Shown piece after piece: positions 36,270-44,104 of a stretch of 55,857 nucleotides of DNA. The translations under genes were made by a program, and so were the position numbers. Every line of letters begins with the position of its first letter. The stretch's first letter is position 1. The notes under the pieces are model-generated. The model made no database searches, had not been told where the DNA came from, and saw nothing but the letters and a program-made list of their open reading frames with translations. The stretch is from the IMG/VR virus record IMGVR_UViG_3300049491_001100, positions 1 through 55,857 of that record. One strand, 5' to 3'. Source of the stretch: a virus (taxonomy: Duplodnaviria; Caudoviricetes).

Positions 36270-37579
36270 GCTACTACCGCGTCGGTGGCTGGGTGCGAGA
36301 CACGCTCTTGGGCTACGAACCTCACGATAATGATTTTGTCGTGGTCGGCAAGACCGTCGCCGAGTTCATGGCCGATTGGTCGGGCGACCACGACATCCAG
36401 GCCATCGGCAAGAGCTTCCCCGTTTTTCTGGTCAAGCACAAGAACGGTTGGCAAGGCGAGTTCGCCTTCGCGCGTCGCGAGCGCAAGACGGGCCCAGGCC
36501 ACAACGCCTTCGAGGTCGTGGCTGATCCCTCGGTGACGCTGGAGGAGGATCTGCTCCGACGCGACCTCACCATCAACGCCATCGCCCTGCCCCACGTTCA
36601 CCGCAACAACGTACCGCTGGAGACCCAGGTCATCGACCCCTTCGGCGGCGTCGCCGACATCAAGGCGGGTGTGCTCAGGCACGTCAGCGCTGCCTTCGCC
36701 GAGGACCCGCTGCGCGTGTATCGCCTCGCCCGATTCGCGGCGACGCTGGGCTTCAGCATCCACCCCGAGACGGCTCAGCTAGCCGGCTACCTCAGCTCCG
36801 AGCTGTACAGCCTCAGCGGGGAGCGCGTAGCCGAAGAGACTCGGAAGGCGATGTTGAGCAAGAACCCGCGCCGCTACTTCGAGGTGCTGCTGGACGTGTT
36901 CGCGCTGGAGCCATGGTTCCCGGAGCTGATCAAGCTCGTGGGCGTGCCAGCCGGCCCCTACGACTACCACGCCGAGCGCGATGCCTTCGAGCACACGATG
37001 ATGGTGCTGGATCGAGCGTGCTGGGTGCCGGAAGAGAACAGTCCCGACATCGACACCGAACTCGTGCGATGGGCCGCCCTCTCCCACGACCTGGGCAAGG
37101 GCATCACGCCCAAGGAAGAGCTGCCGCGACACCGCATGCACGAAGAGCGGGGCGTCTTCTTGGTGGAGAAGTTCTACGACCGCCTCAAGATGCCGACCCA
37201 CTTCAAGGACGCGGCTGTCCTCGCTTGCGCGGAGCACCTGAAGGTTCACAACTTCCTGGAGATGAAGAAGGGGAAGATGGTGGACATGATCCGCCGCGCC
37301 GACCGCACCAAGCTCAAGGCAGAGGGCCTGGCCGTCGTCAGCCTGTGCGACAGCCTGGGCCGCACCACCAAGGGCATCAAGGACACGTCTGGCCCAAGGG
37401 CTCTCCTGGCCTGTGCCGATGCCGCCCGCGAGGAGACCGGCCACCCCATCCCAGATTCGCTATCTGGAGCTGACATCGGCCTCTACATCCGCAACAGGAA
37501 GGGGACGGCAGTGCGCCGACTCCTCAAGGAGAAGGGGTTCATCGGCCAGGACAACGCCGTCAAGGTCAAGGAGAACTGA
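36266..37579 (+). CDS. cca: multifunctional CCA tRNA nucleotidyltransferase with HD phosphatase domain
   Basis: VGGWVRD.LLG...DNDFVV, FAFARRERK.G.G, EDLLRRDLTINA, EDPLRVYRLARF, HDLGKG. Confidence 0.93.
   Translation: MSYYRVGGWVRDTLLGYEPHDNDFVVVGKTVAEFMADWSGDHDIQAIGKSFPVFLVKHKNGWQGEFAFARRERKTGPGHNAFEVVADPSVTLEEDLLRRDLTINAIALPHVHRNNVPLETQVIDPFGGVADIKAGVLRHVSAAFAEDPLRVYRLARFAATLGFSIHPETAQLAGYLSSELYSLSGERVAEETRKAMLSKNPRRYFEVLLDVFALEPWFPELIKLVGVPAGPYDYHAERDAFEHTMMVLDRACWVPEENSPDIDTELVRWAALSHDLGKGITPKEELPRHRMHEERGVFLVEKFYDRLKMPTHFKDAAVLACAEHLKVHNFLEMKKGKMVDMIRRADRTKLKAEGLAVVSLCDSLGRTTKGIKDTSGPRALLACADAAREETGHPIPDSLSGADIGLYIRNRKGTAVRRLLKEKGFIGQDNAVKVKEN
37454..37464 (+). promoter_or_regulatory. phage motif GATTCGCTATC (intragenic)
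   Basis: Near the 3' end of cca. Confidence 0.55.
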
Positions 37580-37839
37580 TGGGGCTCTTCGACAGCATCT
37601 ACTTGAAGTGCCCAGGCTGCGGCGTCGAGCTGGAAGTTCAGACCAAGGCCGGTGAGTGCATGATGGCGCGCTACTACGAGAGCAGCGTTCCAATCCACCT
37701 CGCCCTCCACATCAAGGACGAAGAGGTCGAGTGTGGGGGTTGGTACGTTCGCTACGGCGAGAAGGGCTGCGGCAAGAAGTGGCGGGTCGAGGTTCCTGAA
37801 GTCGTCTCCTACGTCCCGGTCAAGCTGGTCAGCCTATGA
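37579..37839 (+). CDS. Zn-ribbon hypothetical protein
   Basis: MGLFDSI...CPGC...QTK. Confidence 0.7.
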   Translation: MGLFDSIYLKCPGCGVELEVQTKAGECMMARYYESSVPIHLALHIKDEEVECGGWYVRYGEKGCGKKWRVEVPEVVSYVPVKLVSL

Positions 37840-39092
37840 CGCTGGAGCTGACGCCGGGCCAAGAACAAGCCCGGCAGATGGTCAAGGCCCTACGCAAGAT
37901 CGAGGGTCCAGCCTTCGGCATCATCTGCGGCTTTGCCGGTACCGGCAAGACGACCATGCTCCGCGTCCTCGCCGAGGAACACGGGGCCCCGATCGTGCTC
38001 ACGCCTACGGGCAAGGCAGCGCTCCGCGTAGCCGAGGCCTCGGGCCTCGAAGCCCTCACCATCCACCGCTGGATGTATGCACCGGCCGAGAACCCGGAGA
38101 CGGGCGAAGTCCGCTTCGACAAGAAGCCGATCGACACCATCGCGATCCCGAGCAACCACCTGGTCGTGATCGACGAGGCCTCGATGGTCTCGGAGGAGAT
38201 GTGGAACGACATCTGGGGCCTCTGCCACAGCATCGGCCTCAAGGTTCTGCTCGTCGGCGACAAGTTCCAGCTCCCGCCCGTGTACAAGAAGGACGGCGAG
38301 TGGAAGAGCTTCAGCACCCTCGTCGACCTCAAGACCGAGCATCGCGTCGACCTGACCGAGGTCGTGCGCCAGGCCCTGGACAGCCCCATCATCCGGGCCT
38401 CGATGATGATCAGGACCAGCGAGCGCAAGGCGATGGAGGCCGTAATGAGCCACATCGACACCATACCCAGGCACAAGTTGGTTGAGACGTTCTCGGCCAT
38501 GAACGAGGACAGCAGGGCCCTGATCGCGCACATGAACGTGACCAGGCAACAGCTCAACATCGACATCCGCAACGCCCTCGGCTACGACGAGAACGCGCTG
38601 AAGGTGGGCGAGCCCTTGCTCGTGCTCGCGAACTCGTACAAGGCCGAGCGCTGGAACGGGGAGGTCGTCCGCTTCGATGGCTGGACCATCGCGCCAGGTC
38701 GAGCAGAAGCCGTCAGGGATCGCTACAAGAACACAGCCGCCATGATGACCTTCGGCCTCGCCAACGTCGAGGGCGCTGGCGTCATGCTGTCCCAGGAGGA
38801 GGTCTTCGCCCAGACCCAGGGCGTGGGCATGCCCGTCATTGCCCGCTTCGCCAAGGAGCACTCGGTGATGACCTGGGGCTACGAGCGCAAGCAGACCCCA
38901 GCCTACCTCAACGCCAACCTCGGCCACTGCCTGACCTGCCACAAGAGCCAGGGCTCAGAGTGGAAGGACGTGCTCGTGTACGCCGAGCGCTCGATCGGGG
39001 GCAAGCCAGGACTCTACGGCTACGAGGGCAGGCGCTGGCTCTACACCGCCATCACCAGAGCCCGTCAGAACCTCATCCTCTGCGTCGATTGA
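37836..39092 (+). CDS. RecD/Dda-like SF1B helicase
   Basis: GFAGTGKT, TPTGKAA, TIHR, IDEASMV, GDKFQLPPV, TCHKSQGSEW, LYTAITRA. Confidence 0.92.
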   Translation: MTLELTPGQEQARQMVKALRKIEGPAFGIICGFAGTGKTTMLRVLAEEHGAPIVLTPTGKAALRVAEASGLEALTIHRWMYAPAENPETGEVRFDKKPIDTIAIPSNHLVVIDEASMVSEEMWNDIWGLCHSIGLKVLLVGDKFQLPPVYKKDGEWKSFSTLVDLKTEHRVDLTEVVRQALDSPIIRASMMIRTSERKAMEAVMSHIDTIPRHKLVETFSAMNEDSRALIAHMNVTRQQLNIDIRNALGYDENALKVGEPLLVLANSYKAERWNGEVVRFDGWTIAPGRAEAVRDRYKNTAAMMTFGLANVEGAGVMLSQEEVFAQTQGVGMPVIARFAKEHSVMTWGYERKQTPAYLNANLGHCLTCHKSQGSEWKDVLVYAERSIGGKPGLYGYEGRRWLYTAITRARQNLILCVD

Positions 39093-39101
39093 TTCGCTAT
39101 A
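39091..39101 (+). promoter_or_regulatory. phage motif GATTCGCTATA
   Basis: Fused to TGA. Confidence 0.8.
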
Positions 39102-39113
39102 GGGAGATGTACA

Positions 39114-39404
39114 ATGAGCCAAGTCTTCATCAAGCTGAAGGTCTACGAGATTGAGGACGAGGACGTTCTCAACACCTTCTTCGGCGAAAACCAGAAGCCA
39201 CACCCGATCGCGGACATCGCCAAGGACCACGCCACCAAGATCTACGACAACCAGGTTCTGGCGGTTCCTGACGGCAACGGCAACGACGTCATTGTCATCA
39301 ACGGCGACGAGTATGTCGTCATCGTCCGCGCCTTCGACGTTGACACCGACGTCGTGACTGTGCTCGTCCACAAACGCCTCTACGTCGAGATCGAGCTGTC
39401 GTGA
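39114..39404 (+). CDS. hypothetical protein
   Basis: GGGAG RBS after the motif. Confidence 0.7.
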   Translation: MSQVFIKLKVYEIEDEDVLNTFFGENQKPHPIADIAKDHATKIYDNQVLAVPDGNGNDVIVINGDEYVVIVRAFDVDTDVVTVLVHKRLYVEIELS

Positions 39405-39901
39405 TCCGCTCCATCCTCAAATGGCCCCAGGACGGGAGGCGACTCCACGAGAAGAGCGTGCCCGTGCCCGGGGACGAGTTCGAGGACATCAAGGAGCTGG
39501 TCCAGGACATGTTCGAGACCATGTACGATGCCGGTGGCATCGGCCTGGCCGGGATCCAGATCGGGGTCGCGCTCAGGATCTTCGTCATGGACAACCACGA
39601 GCAGAGGGTGTTTGTCAACCCCGTCATCACCGCCTTCTTCGGCAAGAAGGAGCTGAAGAATGAGGGCTGCCTGTCTTTGCCCGGCATCGTGGAGATGGTC
39701 GAGCGTCACGAAGAAGTTGACGTCGAGTACCAAGACCACGTGACGGCGGCAAAGAAGAAGATCAGGCTCAAGGGCATCGAGGCCCAGTGCGCTCAGCACG
39801 AAATTGACCATCTTGACGGCATCACAATTCCTGATAAGATGAGTCCATTGGACAGAACCAGACTCGCCTCCAAGCTGAGCAAGAAAGGGATTGGAATCTG
39901 A
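39401..39901 (+). CDS. def: peptide deformylase
   Basis: GIGLAGIQIG, EGCLS, QHEIDHLDG. Confidence 0.95.
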   Translation: MIRSILKWPQDGRRLHEKSVPVPGDEFEDIKELVQDMFETMYDAGGIGLAGIQIGVALRIFVMDNHEQRVFVNPVITAFFGKKELKNEGCLSLPGIVEMVERHEEVDVEYQDHVTAAKKKIRLKGIEAQCAQHEIDHLDGITIPDKMSPLDRTRLASKLSKKGIGI

Positions 39902-40005
39902 TGGGTGAAGTCGGTGGCTTTGTCGTGGGCTTTCTCATCGCCGTCGTCGGCGGGCCCTTCCTCATCTTCGGCCTGACCAAGCTCTTCTTCGGAGAGAAGC
40001 AATGA
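39901..40005 (+). CDS. 34-aa membrane peptide not in the supplied track
   Basis: MGEVGGFVVGFLIAVVGGPFLIFGLTKLFFGEKQ*; coupled at both ends. Confidence 0.55.
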   Translation: MGEVGGFVVGFLIAVVGGPFLIFGLTKLFFGEKQ

Positions 40006-40424
40006 AGATCGGATTCACAGGCACTCGCGAGGGCATGACCGATGCCCAGTTGAGCACGGTCGAGAACCTGTTCAAAATTTTCGTCGTCAGTGAGTTCCAC
40101 CACGGCGACTGCTGTGGTGCTGACGCCGAGGCCCACGAGATGGCGCAGGAGCTGGGAGCAAAGGTTCACGCCCACCCACCCCTGAACGAGGCCATGCGCG
40201 CCTTCATGAAGGCTGACGTTGTCCACCCCGCCCGCGACTACCTGCCCCGGAACCGCGATGTTGTCGACGCCACTTTCCTCCTCATCGGGGCCTCGATGTC
40301 GGCGGCGCCCGAGACCTTCGGTGGCACCTGGTACACGATCGACTACGCCATCAAGACCGGCCGACGCACGATCGTGGTCTGGCCCGATGGCAGCATCCGA
40401 ACCTTCAACTGGTGGTCGCTGTGA
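40002..40424 (+). CDS. SLOG-superfamily protein
   Basis: IGFTGTR, HHGDCCGAD, YLPRNRDVVD, GGTWYTIDYA. Confidence 0.8.
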   Translation: MKIGFTGTREGMTDAQLSTVENLFKIFVVSEFHHGDCCGADAEAHEMAQELGAKVHAHPPLNEAMRAFMKADVVHPARDYLPRNRDVVDATFLLIGASMSAAPETFGGTWYTIDYAIKTGRRTIVVWPDGSIRTFNWWSL

Positions 40425-41173
40425 AGCTGCACCTGATGAGCGACATCCACCTCGATCACTACAGTGACAGGGGTGCCTCACTCCTACGCGACCTCGACCC
40501 CGAGGACGCAACTGTGGTCGTAGTCGCTGGCGATGTCGCCGACGGCCGCTTCCCAGATCAGTACCACACCCTGTTCAAGCGCCTGCGCGAGCTGTACGAG
40601 CACGCGATCATTGTTACCGGCAACCATGACTACTACAAGTCGACGCCGGCCCTGACCCACAACAGCCTCAAGGTCGCTGCCGAGAACCTGACCAACATCC
40701 ACTTTCTCAACAAGTCGTCGGTGACCATTGACGGCAAGACCATTCACGGCGCCACGATGTGGTTCCGAGACGACCCCCTGAACCAGCTCTACGAGGGTTG
40801 GATCAATGACTTTCGCCTCATCGGGAAGGAGCACAACGACAGCTCGTTGGCGCCAGGGCCATGGATGTACGAGGAGCAGGGCCTGTTCGAGCACTACATC
40901 GAAGGCAACTGCCATGAGGGCGACATCGTTGTCACCCACCACCTGCCGTCGAAGCGCAGCGTAGATCCGCTATACAAGACCAGCGAGTTGAACCGCTTCT
41001 TCGTCTGCGAGATGGATGACTTCATCAAGAAGCGGAAGCCGGCGCTCTGGCTCCACGGCCACACGCACAAGGCTTGTGATTACAGGCTCGGCAAGACCCG
41101 TGTCGTCTGCAACCCCAGGGGCTATCCCAGGGAGAACGCTTCCTACAAGCCCAAGCTCATCGAGGTCCCGTGA
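40421..41173 (+). CDS. metallophosphoesterase
   Basis: SDIHLD, AGD, GNHDYY, THH.P, HGHTH, NPRGY. Confidence 0.88.
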   Translation: MKLHLMSDIHLDHYSDRGASLLRDLDPEDATVVVVAGDVADGRFPDQYHTLFKRLRELYEHAIIVTGNHDYYKSTPALTHNSLKVAAENLTNIHFLNKSSVTIDGKTIHGATMWFRDDPLNQLYEGWINDFRLIGKEHNDSSLAPGPWMYEEQGLFEHYIEGNCHEGDIVVTHHLPSKRSVDPLYKTSELNRFFVCEMDDFIKKRKPALWLHGHTHKACDYRLGKTRVVCNPRGYPRENASYKPKLIEVP

Positions 41174-41382
41174 ACAAGTGCATGTACTGTGGGCACCCCA
41201 CCACGGATACGGGCACGGTCACTGCTGAGGGCATCGGCTATGCCCCAAATTGTGGAGGCCTCTCCTGCAACGACAAGGCCGAGTATGGTGCCATAAGGCA
41301 GCGTGCGACCATGGCCGCACACGACACGCCAATGCCAGAGCGCTGGATCGAGTTCAAGATGCCAAAGAAGAGGAGCCCATGA
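41170..41382 (+). CDS. small Cys-rich protein
   Basis: GTGA coupling; CMYC...C...C. Confidence 0.55.
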   Translation: MNKCMYCGHPTTDTGTVTAEGIGYAPNCGGLSCNDKAEYGAIRQRATMAAHDTPMPERWIEFKMPKKRSP

Positions 41383-41576
41383 ACAAGCGCAACCCAATCA
41401 GCTTCAAGCTGGTGAAGGCGGGCAAGGTGCTGATCGACTTCGGCTACCTCTACTGGCCGTGGCCGGTGAGGAAGGTTGTCGACAATGGCGGCATCCTCGT
41501 CGAGATCCACGACGCCCGCAACGTCTCCGTCGTCAGCCTCGACGACATCACCCTCGCAGACCTGGAGCACTCATGA
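41379..41576 (+). CDS. hypothetical protein
   Basis: GAGGAG RBS, ATGA coupling. Confidence 0.55.
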   Translation: MNKRNPISFKLVKAGKVLIDFGYLYWPWPVRKVVDNGGILVEIHDARNVSVVSLDDITLADLEHS

Positions 41577-41977
41577 CTGAAGTTGAGAAGCTGAAGGCCA
41601 AGCTCAAGAGGCAGCAGGAGAAGCACCTCGACGCCATGCGCAAGCAGGACGAGGAGGCGCAAGAGATCTACGAGGAGCTGAGGAAGGATTTTGAAGACGT
41701 CAAGGACGATGTCAACTACTTCAGGACGAAGGCTGAGGACTACGAGCACGCCCTCATCAACATCGCCAAGCTCGCTGGCGTGAGCTGGGACGGGGACCGC
41801 GTCTGTCACGACCAGGGCCACGTGGCTCACCTGATCCTGAACAGGTGGCAGTCAGAGCTGTGGGAACAGGTCCGAGACCTACCCTACAACGCCGTCGAAG
41901 TCGATCGAGAGAGTGGGCAAGTGTCCGTGGACAAGCGCGCCCTCGCAGCCTACAAGAAGCTGCGGAAGAAGGCCTAG
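41573..41977 (+). CDS. coiled-coil hypothetical protein
   Basis: GGAG RBS, ATGA coupling. Confidence 0.7.
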   Translation: MTEVEKLKAKLKRQQEKHLDAMRKQDEEAQEIYEELRKDFEDVKDDVNYFRTKAEDYEHALINIAKLAGVSWDGDRVCHDQGHVAHLILNRWQSELWEQVRDLPYNAVEVDRESGQVSVDKRALAAYKKLRKKA

Positions 41978-42318
41978 ACGTTCAGGGCCTTGCGGACGTT
42001 CTGGATCTCGACCTTGGCCAACTGGGCCGGCATGCTGATTTTGGAGGCGAGGGCAGTGGTCCAGCCCGTGAGGTCGGACGGAGCCCCGTAGCGCTGCTGG
42101 ATCTGCTGGCCCTCGTTGTCGTCGGCGATGATGCGGACTTGGACGTGGGTGGCATCGGGGATGGCCACGATCATGACGCGGGCACCGGCATCGTTGCGCC
42201 AGAGGTATCCGATGCAGCCGACGTAGAAGCCGCTGCTGTCAGCGACCTGGATGGATCCGCTGGCGCTGCCGTTGGCGGCGAAGGCTTGGGAGTAGCTGGA
42301 AACGTCAATGCTGGGCAT
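41974..42318 (-). CDS. hypothetical (virion-arm) protein
   Basis: Last gene of the leftward arm, preceded by the CAATCTT motif. Confidence 0.7.
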   Translation of the reverse strand: MPSIDVSSYSQAFAANGSASGSIQVADSSGFYVGCIGYLWRNDAGARVMIVAIPDATHVQVRIIADDNEGQQIQQRYGAPSDLTGWTTALASKISMPAQLAKVEIQNVRKALNV

Positions 42319-42335
42319 GGTCTTCTCTCGCGTCT

Positions 42336-42342
42336 AAGATTG
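42336..42342 (-). promoter_or_regulatory. putative late promoter motif CAATCTT
   Basis: 17 nt upstream of ATG 42318. Confidence 0.55.
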
Positions 42343-42345
42343 TGG

Positions 42346-42855
42346 CTACCAGGGGCCGTGGGCGTCGAGCTGCTTCACGACCTCGGCCTGGCCGCCCTTG
42401 GCGTACCAGTCCCTGAGCATGGCCCAAGTCAAGCCCTTGGCCTTGAGCGGGAGCTGAACGTGTGGTGTGTCCTTGATCGAGGTCCAGGCCCCGCCCCATT
42501 CCAGGCCCAGCTTGGCCGCTTCCTCGCCAAGGATGGTGTTGGCGCTGTCCCTGTAGTCGGGATCTAGCTTGCCTTCATAGGTAGCACCCTTGTGCCGGCA
42601 GAAGTCGACGGCCACGGCGAAGTTGTGGGGGCTGTAGCCGCCACGGGCGTTGGTCACCACACCCCCTGGAGCCGTTCTGCCCTTCGCGTAGAGCGCGTTT
42701 TGCTGGTCGAAGGTGCGGAGACCGCTGGTGGCGACATAGATCGCTCCACGGGCCTGGCAGGCAAGGACAAGCGCATTCAGCTTCTCCAGGAAGGGTTGGT
42801 ACATGGCCAGGGTGTCAATCCGGCCCAGAAGGTCTTTCTTTTGATCATCGGTCAT
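42346..42855 (-). CDS. endolysin, M15 (L-Ala-D-Glu peptidase-like) family
   Basis: SGLRT..QQ.ALYAKGRT.PG.VVTNA.GG.SPHNF..AVD, LEWGG.W..KDTPHVQ. Confidence 0.9.
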   Translation of the reverse strand: MTDDQKKDLLGRIDTLAMYQPFLEKLNALVLACQARGAIYVATSGLRTFDQQNALYAKGRTAPGGVVTNARGGYSPHNFAVAVDFCRHKGATYEGKLDPDYRDSANTILGEEAAKLGLEWGGAWTSIKDTPHVQLPLKAKGLTWAMLRDWYAKGGQAEVVKQLDAHGPW

Positions 42856-42858
42856 GGC

Positions 42859-43857
42859 CTAGAACTCCCACTTGTAGATACGGCCCGTAGCTCCAGTGCC
42901 ACCGTACTTGGCGGATCCGGCGAAGTTGATCGGGGTCCCGGTTACGCCGCCGCCGACATCGAGGACGATGGTAGGGTCGATGTACGAGTATCCGATGAGG
43001 ATGACGCCGCCACCACCACCGCCGCCGGGACCTGGGTTGGTGGTGCCGCCGCCGTTGGCGCTGCCACCATTGCCACCCTTGGCTTCGATGCGAGGTGCAG
43101 TACCGCCGCCACTGCGGACGATGTTGTTGGCCATGATGCGGACAACGCCACCGCCGGCTCCACCACCACCGCCACCCGTGTTGCCGAGGAAGGTGTCTTG
43201 TCCGCCACCGCCGGCTCCACCACCACCATAGATCGGGTAGAAGGTGCCGAGGAGATGGATGCCGCCGTTGATGAGAGCGCTGATGGGCAGCATGTCGCCG
43301 AAGGCGGTGACAGCAGACGACGCCTGGTTATAGAAGCCGGCAAGGCCTCCGTTGCCACCGTTGGGGTCGCCACCGGGATTGCCCTGGCCGCCGCCCGAAG
43401 AGCCGCCGAGGCCACCGAAGCCGCCGTAGTTGACGTTGTAGCCGGCAGCGCCACCACCACCACCACCACCGCACATGAGGCCGATGCTGGCCGTGATCGA
43501 AGTTGAGCTGGCACCGTTACCAGATGTGGCCACGGTGAAGCTGCCGCCGACGGTGCCGGCAGGACGAGTGGTACCACCGCCGCCAGGTGTGGCACCGCTG
43601 TTGGCGCCGCCGTCACCGGCTGTCAGGGGGCGGATAACAACGCTGTCGCCGATAGTGAGCGTACCCCTGACGAAGATGCCGAAGCCGTTCATCTGGACGA
43701 TGATGCTGCTGTTGATGGTGAGGTTTTCGTAGTAGACGTCGTTGGTCAAGCTCTGGTTCGTTGACCACGTAGTTGTGCCGGTGCCGTAGCCCGTCGGGCC
43801 CGGGATCGGGAAGCAAACATTGAAGGCGTCGATGCCGCCCGCGCCGCGAAGTGGCAT
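42859..43857 (-). CDS. glycine-rich tail fibre-like protein
   Basis: Poly-G tracts, GGGGAGGGVVRI, GGGGGGGVILI. Confidence 0.7.
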   Translation of the reverse strand: MPLRGAGGIDAFNVCFPIPGPTGYGTGTTTWSTNQSLTNDVYYENLTINSSIIVQMNGFGIFVRGTLTIGDSVVIRPLTAGDGGANSGATPGGGGTTRPAGTVGGSFTVATSGNGASSTSITASIGLMCGGGGGGGAAGYNVNYGGFGGLGGSSGGGQGNPGGDPNGGNGGLAGFYNQASSAVTAFGDMLPISALINGGIHLLGTFYPIYGGGGAGGGGQDTFLGNTGGGGGGAGGGVVRIMANNIVRSGGGTAPRIEAKGGNGGSANGGGTTNPGPGGGGGGGVILIGYSYIDPTIVLDVGGGVTGTPINFAGSAKYGGTGATGRIYKWEF

Positions 43858-43859
43858 GA

Positions 43860-44102
43860 TTATTCCGTCCTGTTGTAGGGAGGGATCCAGTCCGCCGGCA
43901 GAACTGGAGCGCCCTCAGGAGGTGGAGTGGGCGTCATGACACCCTCAGGAAGAGGGAGATGCGCAGGCACAATCGCGTCGAAGCAGGTCGGGCACAAGTT
44001 TGGGCTCTTGAGCGGTTGCTCGACTTCGGCATCGTCTTCAAACGACGCCGTACCGAGAACATTGGAGCAGTTTTTGCATTCGAGATTGATTTCCATGGTC
44101 AT
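43860..44102 (-). CDS. small Cys-motif protein
   Basis: CKNC...CPTC, directly after a fibre gene. Confidence 0.6.
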   Translation of the reverse strand: MTMEINLECKNCSNVLGTASFEDDAEVEQPLKSPNLCPTCFDAIVPAHLPLPEGVMTPTPPPEGAPVLPADWIPPYNRTE

Positions 44103-44104
44103 TC

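Noticed and set aside
1383-39101. Motif as CRISPR repeat or integron attC array
   Set aside because: Only ~11 nt long, irregularly spaced by whole genes, with no attC-like palindrome and no cas or integrase gene in the window; orientation and spacing fit a promoter
40964-40974. Variant motif GATCCGCTATA inside the phosphoesterase gene; also CAATCTT at ~52146 inside the fibre gene
   Set aside because: Intragenic with no nearby start; could be chance, so not called as features
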